DNA of 23,815 nt, taken from the NCBI GenBank assembly GCA_041690595.1, contig JAWLHB010000018.1, positions 124,001 to 147,815 of the forward strand, in the 5' to 3' direction. Source of the DNA: Lentisphaeria bacterium (lineage in GTDB: Bacteria; Verrucomicrobiota; Lentisphaeria; JABSQK01; JAWLHB01). The translations under genes were made by a program, and so were the position numbers. Each line of letters begins with the position of its first letter. Positions within the stretch are counted from its first letter, which is position 1. This document shows, in pieces, positions 18,452-23,815 of the stretch. Under the pieces are notes generated by a model. The model saw only the letters and a program-made list of their open reading frames with translations, was not told the origin of the DNA and ran no database searches.

Positions 18452-20356
18452 ATGTTTGGATACTATCGCGTTGCCTCAGCGGTTCCCATTATTAAAGTGG
18501 CGGATTGTGCTTACAATGTCAACCAGACCGTCGAACTTCTCGAAGAAGCACGGGCGGCAGGCTCCGCCCTCGCCGTCTTCCCGGAACTCGGCATCACCGG
18601 CTATTCCTGCGCCGACCTCTTCAACCAGACGACCCTCCTGAGGACAGCCCTCGACGGGCTGCGGCGCCTCCGCGAAGCCACGGTAGGTTCGCCCATGGTC
18701 ACCATTGTCGGTGCGCCCCTCATGCACGCGAACCGCCTCTACAACTGCGCCGTCGTTCTGCAGGATGGCGCCTATCGCGGCATTGTCCCCAAGAGCTACC
18801 TGCCTACCTACCGCGAATACTACGAGAAACGCTGGTTCACCTCCGGCCGCGACCTCCGCGACGCCACTCTCCAGCTGGAAGGAATCGACGTTCCCTTCGG
18901 CGTCGATCTCCTCTTTGCCGGCGGCGATCCCTTTCTTCTCGGCATCGAAGTCTGCGAAGATCTCTGGGCCATCATTCCCCCCTCGTCGTATCAGGCCATG
19001 GCCGGCGCCACCCTCGTCGCCAACCTCTCCGCCAGCGTCTCCGTCGTCGCTAAGCACGACTATCGTCGGCAGCTGGTGAGCAGTCAGAGCGCCCGCTGCA
19101 TGGCCGGCTACGTCTATGCCGGCGCCGGCGTCCACGAGTCCACCACCGATGTCGTCTACGGCGGCCATTCCCTCATCGCCGAGAACGGTCATATCGTCAA
19201 GGAAAACCTTCCGTATCAGCGCCGGAACAACCTCATCCATGCCGACCTCGACCTGGAGCGCCTGGTGATGACCCGCCAGGCGGAGACAGCCTTCGCCGAC
19301 CATCCCCAGCCGGCCTTTCGCCGCATTCCGCTGGCAGCCGTCCCCCAGAGCGAGCAAGTCGAGATTCATCTGCCGATGCATCCCTTTGTCCCCTCCGATC
19401 CAGCCGTGCGGGACGATCATTGCCGCGAGATCTTCCAGATTCAGTCCGCCGCCCTCGCTCGGCGCCTTCAGCATGCCATGGCCACCAGTGCCGTCATCGG
19501 CGTCTCCGGCGGCCTCGATTCCACCCTCGCCCTCCTCGTCTGTATCAAGGCCTTCGAGCTGATCGACCGGGACCTGCGTCACATCATCGCGGTGACCATG
19601 CCGGGCTATGGCACCACTGACCGCACTTACCGCAACGCCGTCGACCTCTGCCACCTTCTTGGTACCGAGTTCCTCGAGATCGACATCCGCCCCGCCTGCG
19701 AGCAGCACTTCGCCGACATCGGCCACGACCCCGCCATCCACGACACCACCTACGAGAACGTCCAGGCCCGCGAGCGTACCCAGCTGCTCATGGACATCGC
19801 CAACAAGCATGGCGGCCTCGTCATCGGCACCGGTGACCTCTCCGAGATCGCCCTCGGCTGGTCCACCTACAACGGCGACCACATGTCCATGTACGCGGTC
19901 AACTGCGGCGTCCCCAAGACGCTGATCCGCTACGTCATCGGCTGGGCGGCTGAGCAGCATCCCGAGCAGATCCGCAACCTCCTCCGCGACGTGCTGGACA
20001 CACCGATCACCCCCGAGCTGCTGCCGCGCAACGAGGCCGGTCAGAACCCCCAGCACACCGAGGCCGTCATCGGCCCCTACGAGCTGCACGACTTCTTCCT
20101 CTACCACGCCATCAAGTATGGCGCCACCCCCGCCAAGATCGCCTGGCTCGCCTCCATCGCCTTCAGCGGTCACTACCGCGACGACGAGATCCGCAAGTGG
20201 CTGCAGACCTTCCTCCGCCGCTTCTTCACCAACCAGTTCAAGCGCAGTTGCGTGCCCGACGGCCCCAAAGTCGGCACCATCAGCCTCTCACCCCGGGGCG
20301 ACTGGCGCATGCCCTCCGACGCCGACTCCACCGCCTGGCTTGCCGACCTGCATTGA
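18452..20356 (+). CDS. nadE: Glutamine-dependent NAD+ synthetase
   Basis: Nitrilase domain (FPELG, PKSYLP, EVCEDLW = E/K/C triad) plus synthetase domain (SGGLDST, ENVQARERT, GTGDLSE, QFKRSCVPDGPK, LSPRGDWRMPSD). AGGAGG RBS. Confidence 0.97.
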   Translation: MFGYYRVASAVPIIKVADCAYNVNQTVELLEEARAAGSALAVFPELGITGYSCADLFNQTTLLRTALDGLRRLREATVGSPMVTIVGAPLMHANRLYNCAVVLQDGAYRGIVPKSYLPTYREYYEKRWFTSGRDLRDATLQLEGIDVPFGVDLLFAGGDPFLLGIEVCEDLWAIIPPSSYQAMAGATLVANLSASVSVVAKHDYRRQLVSSQSARCMAGYVYAGAGVHESTTDVVYGGHSLIAENGHIVKENLPYQRRNNLIHADLDLERLVMTRQAETAFADHPQPAFRRIPLAAVPQSEQVEIHLPMHPFVPSDPAVRDDHCREIFQIQSAALARRLQHAMATSAVIGVSGGLDSTLALLVCIKAFELIDRDLRHIIAVTMPGYGTTDRTYRNAVDLCHLLGTEFLEIDIRPACEQHFADIGHDPAIHDTTYENVQARERTQLLMDIANKHGGLVIGTGDLSEIALGWSTYNGDHMSMYAVNCGVPKTLIRYVIGWAAEQHPEQIRNLLRDVLDTPITPELLPRNEAGQNPQHTEAVIGPYELHDFFLYHAIKYGATPAKIAWLASIAFSGHYRDDEIRKWLQTFLRRFFTNQFKRSCVPDGPKVGTISLSPRGDWRMPSDADSTAWLADLH

Positions 20357-21463
20357 TCACCCCGCTTTCGCCCTGACCTCTCTCGTGTACAGTTCCAGAT
20401 AGCTCGCCACCATGGCCTCGACCCCAAAGGTGCAGACGCGCTCCCCGCGAGGCTGCCCAGCCAGCCGTTCGATCGCCTCCGCCACCTCGCCGCTGTTGCC
20501 CAGCGCGAAATCGATCGCCTCCCCCAGCGGGTAATCCTCCAGCAGCTCCGGCAGCGAGTCCACCCGGTTCGCCAGGATCGGGATGCCATGCGCCATCGCC
20601 TCCGCCAGCACCAGCCCAAAGCCCTCGTAACGCGACGGCATCAGGAAAAGATCGAACGCCCCGGCGCAACTCGCCGCGTCATCCCGGAAGCCCGGCAGGC
20701 AGATCCGGAGCCGCTCCGGCGCCGCCGAAGCCATCTGCTCCAGCCGCTGTCGGCAGGGGCCTTCCCCCAGCAGCACCAGCCCCCAGCTCTCCCCCTCCGG
20801 GATCCGCGCCGCAATCTCCTCCACCATGCCCAGCAGCACATCGTACCCCTTCTGCGGCGCCAGCCGTCCCACCGACCCCAGCACCCGGCTGCACGACGCC
20901 ATCCCCCACTCCCGGCGTAACTCCCCAATCCGTTCCGCCGACGGCGACGGCGGCGCCACGATACCGTTATAGATCACCGGGATCCGCTCCGAATCGATCC
21001 GCAGCTGCTCCGCGTGATACCGGCGCACCGCCTGCGACACCGCCGTCTGGCAGTCGCAGCGCCTCAGCGTCCACCGATCCAGCAGAAAGTGCCACCACTT
21101 GTCGCCGCGCCGCTCCGCGATATGCACCGAGTTGATCAGCGGATACCCCCGCTTCCCCGGCACCGCCAGCCGGCTCGCCAGGTTCGCATGCAGCAGGTGC
21201 GCATGCACCAGGTCGGGCGACAGCTCCCGCAGCAACCTCCGCAGCCGCAGTACGCGCCACGGCCGATGCTTCTCCATCGCCAGTGCATGAATCGCCGCCC
21301 CCGCCTCCCGCAGACCATCCACCACACTCGAAGAATCCGGCAGCGGCCGCAGCGAGATCACCGTCACCCGGTGGCCCGCCGCTATCAACCCGCGAACCAG
21401 ATTGAGCAGGATGATCTCCGCTCCCGCCGGCCGCAGTTCAGTTGTGATCTGGACAATATGCAT
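20357..21463 (-). CDS. Glycosyltransferase family 4 (GT-B)
   Basis: PAGAE, DLVHAH, VIYNGI, VGRLAPQKG, PSRYEGFGLVLAEAM (EX7E). Confidence 0.93.
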   Translation of the reverse strand: MHIVQITTELRPAGAEIILLNLVRGLIAAGHRVTVISLRPLPDSSSVVDGLREAGAAIHALAMEKHRPWRVLRLRRLLRELSPDLVHAHLLHANLASRLAVPGKRGYPLINSVHIAERRGDKWWHFLLDRWTLRRCDCQTAVSQAVRRYHAEQLRIDSERIPVIYNGIVAPPSPSAERIGELRREWGMASCSRVLGSVGRLAPQKGYDVLLGMVEEIAARIPEGESWGLVLLGEGPCRQRLEQMASAAPERLRICLPGFRDDAASCAGAFDLFLMPSRYEGFGLVLAEAMAHGIPILANRVDSLPELLEDYPLGEAIDFALGNSGEVAEAIERLAGQPRGERVCTFGVEAMVASYLELYTREVRAKAG

Positions 21464-21466
21464 CGT

Positions 21467-23590
21467 TCACCCGACCGCCCGAGATCCAGGCCGCCCCCAG
21501 GCCAGCCGCAGCCGTCCGAGGAACATCGCCGCCATCACGCACATCAGCGGCAGCGCCGGCAGCTGATACCGCGGCATGACCACCGGCCCAGGCAACACCA
21601 GGTAATAGACCACCAGCCCCAGCACGACAAAAAGCATGTACCACTCTCGCCGCCACAGCAGCAGCTGCACCCCAGCTCCCAGATACGTCACCCCGACGAT
21701 CGCCAGCAGCGGCAACAGCGGCAGCAGCAGCCACAGCTTGTCGCCGAAGTAATGGCGCACCGCCGCCATCAGCCCCTGCCGCCGGAGCACATCCAGCGTT
21801 CCCCGCCCCGTCTGCGTCATCCCCAGCAACTCCAGCAGCGTCGGTGCATCCGGCAGAAGCACCATCGGCTGCACGTGCAGCCGCGCATAGAGCAGCGGAT
21901 CCTCCGCTATATATCCCTTCGCCCGCGCCACCTGATAGGCACTCCGCTCGCGCACACTGGCGTACCGCCCCGGATCAGCCGCAAACTCCGCCTCCGCCTC
22001 CGCCACGAAGCGCTGCCGGATCGTCTCCGACGACTCGCCCGTGCTTACCGCCAGCATCTGCGGCACGTTGTGGTAAAGCAGCGTATTTCCCGTATTGCTA
22101 TCCAGCACCGGCCCCGCCCCCACGACCGCATTCCGCACCAGCCACGGCGACAGCACCACCACGTAGATACCCACCGCCACCAACCCGCCAATCACCCGCT
22201 TGCGCCAGCTCTTCCGCGGAAAAACCGCAATCAGGAAGAGGCACGGCAGCAGCCACATCAAGCCAGTCGGCCGGATCAGCGCCGACACCGCCGCCGCCCC
22301 CACGCTCAGCCACAGATCCACCAGCCGCTCATGCCGCACAAAGCGCAGAAAGTAGAAGCATTGCCAGGCCGCAAAAAAAACATACCACGTATCCGACAGA
22401 ATCAGCGGGCTCGCCGAAATCGCCGTCATGTTCAGCGCAAAGAGCCCCCCAGCCACCGTTCCGCCCCACGTCCCCCCGTACAGCACCCCCGAGCGAAAGA
22501 CCGGAATGCACGTCAGCGCCCCGATCACGCAAAGCGCCACCACCAGCAGCCGCCAGCTCTTCCCCGTCACCCCGTAGATCGCCGCGATCAGCACCGAAAA
22601 GCCAGGCGGTCGCAGCGTCGCCCGAACCTCGCTGCCCGGCGCCTCTCGATACGCCCCATCCTCCAGCAGCGCCAGCGCCGGCTGCACATACGTCACCGTA
22701 TCCGGCCGCCAGAAGCGCTGCTCGTCCCCGGCCAACCCCGGCGCCGCCACCAGCAGCCGCACCAGCAGCGCCAGCAGCACCACGCTCCACATCGCCGTCA
22801 GATACTGCCGCCGCGCCTTCCCTTGCGCATCCGCATCCGGCAGCCCCGCCAGCCGCGACCGCACCGCCCCCAGCGGCCGAAACCGCCACACCAGCGCCAC
22901 CCGCAGCGCCTCCAGACCGTCCTTCCACGAGATCTTCTTCCCCTCCGTCACCCGCCGCGGATGATACGCAATCGGCGCCTCATGAATCTCATACCCCAGC
23001 CGCAGCAACTTCGCCGTCAGCTCCGGCTCCCAGTCGAACGCGTTCCCCTCGAAAAGCAGCCGCCGGATCAGCTCCCCATCGAACGTCTTGTAACACGTCG
23101 GCTCATCCGTCATGCTGCTCCCGTACAGCAGGTTCATCCAGTACGTCACCACCAGGCCACCGATATAGAACGCCCACGACGAATGCGCCCGGTTCCGCGT
23201 GAAGCGCTCCCGCGACCCGTACACCACCTTCGCTCGACCCTCCAGGATCGGCGCGATGCACTGACGATAATCCTCCGGGTCGTACTCCAGATCCGCATCC
23301 TGTACGATCACCACATCCCCCGTCGAGACGCCGATCCCGGCCCGCACCGCATCACCCTTGCCGCCATTGACCTTGTGAACGATCACCACCCGGTCCTCGC
23401 CATCCTCCCCGAACGCGTCCCGCCAGCCATCCATGATCGCCGCGCTGCCATCCGTCGAGCCATCGTCAACGATGACAATCTCCTTGCGGACCTCCCCAAG
23501 GTCCACCGCCGCCACCCGGTCCAGAAGGGTCGCCAGCGTCTCCTTCTCATTATAGACCGGTATTATCACCGAGAGCGTCTTTCCCGCCAT
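21467..23590 (-). CDS. Fusion of GT2 (DPM1/GtrB-like) domain and GT-C (ArnT/PMT-like) multi-TM domain
   Basis: N-terminal IIPVYNE, VDDGSTDGS, GKG, QDADLEY, YGSR. C-terminal TM helices with DTVTY...RPPGF, ILSDT, LIRP, PWLVRN, PRYQLP. ATG 23590 has AGAGGAG upstream, preferred over 23680. Confidence 0.88.
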   Translation of the reverse strand: MAGKTLSVIIPVYNEKETLATLLDRVAAVDLGEVRKEIVIVDDGSTDGSAAIMDGWRDAFGEDGEDRVVIVHKVNGGKGDAVRAGIGVSTGDVVIVQDADLEYDPEDYRQCIAPILEGRAKVVYGSRERFTRNRAHSSWAFYIGGLVVTYWMNLLYGSSMTDEPTCYKTFDGELIRRLLFEGNAFDWEPELTAKLLRLGYEIHEAPIAYHPRRVTEGKKISWKDGLEALRVALVWRFRPLGAVRSRLAGLPDADAQGKARRQYLTAMWSVVLLALLVRLLVAAPGLAGDEQRFWRPDTVTYVQPALALLEDGAYREAPGSEVRATLRPPGFSVLIAAIYGVTGKSWRLLVVALCVIGALTCIPVFRSGVLYGGTWGGTVAGGLFALNMTAISASPLILSDTWYVFFAAWQCFYFLRFVRHERLVDLWLSVGAAAVSALIRPTGLMWLLPCLFLIAVFPRKSWRKRVIGGLVAVGIYVVVLSPWLVRNAVVGAGPVLDSNTGNTLLYHNVPQMLAVSTGESSETIRQRFVAEAEAEFAADPGRYASVRERSAYQVARAKGYIAEDPLLYARLHVQPMVLLPDAPTLLELLGMTQTGRGTLDVLRRQGLMAAVRHYFGDKLWLLLPLLPLLAIVGVTYLGAGVQLLLWRREWYMLFVVLGLVVYYLVLPGPVVMPRYQLPALPLMCVMAAMFLGRLRLAWGRPGSRAVG

Positions 23591-23633
23591 CTGCCAGACT
23601 GCTCCTCTTAACCCGAGACGGTTGAAAAGCCGT

Positions 23634-23657
23634 ACTATATCACGCCCCACCAAAAAG
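23634..23657 (-). promoter_or_regulatory. Promoter-like motif upstream of GT2/GT-C fusion operon
   Basis: Minus strand CTTTTTGGTGGGGCGTGATATAGT (TGn-TATAGT extended -10); 19/24 identical to 3823-3846. Confidence 0.5.
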
Positions 23658-23815
23658 ACGAAGCACCCGATCAAGCCCAATCCATTGCCTCCTGCTCGTT
23701 CTTTGCGATTCTGGTGGTTAGCCCAACTTCAGCATAAGTGACGGCTGAAATGGCGATTTTTGAGCCTTTTGTGCGGACCACAGGCTCAAGCGGTTTCATT
23801 TCTGGCGAAATAGTG

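Noticed and set aside
20354..20359. Abutting convergent stops TGATCA (nadE/GT4) without terminator
   Set aside because: Common in compact bacterial genomes; no further signal.
21014..23611. 865-aa + ORF and other long opposite-strand ORFs (9494-10858, 10636-12270, 13010-14290, 14529-16655, 18476-20173)
   Set aside because: Shadows of well-supported genes; stop codons are scarce in high-GC, skewed DNA.

Overview
High-GC bacterial chromosomal window. A PVC-group (e.g. Lentisphaerae-like) origin is my impression from the DWG-type kinase and the TPR protein, not a proven assignment. The left ~3.7 kb is a decayed accessory island downstream of a tRNA(CAT, probably Ile2). It holds a 5'-truncated type I restriction hsdR, its coupled M48/YgjP-family gene, and a membrane-anchored coiled-coil gene running off the left edge that the ORF track missed. 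The rest is host-like: two GT-C glycosyltransferases (one fused to a GT2 domain), bioD, a PhyH-type dioxygenase, a Ser/Thr kinase fused to a CRP-like module, an 85-aa monocistronic helical protein, an mnmE / degenerate NACHT-pentapeptide / UroD-like run, a TPR protein plus a kinase with TerB-like tail, a TIGR01777 epimerase, nadE and a GT4. The most striking non-gene signal is a strong, orientation-independent GC-skew inversion: G-rich left, C-rich right, switching at about 13.7-15.2 kb. The skewed region is bracketed by an inverted pair of a 24-nt promoter-like motif upstream of the two inward-pointing GT-C genes. All family calls come from motif reading, with no database searches.
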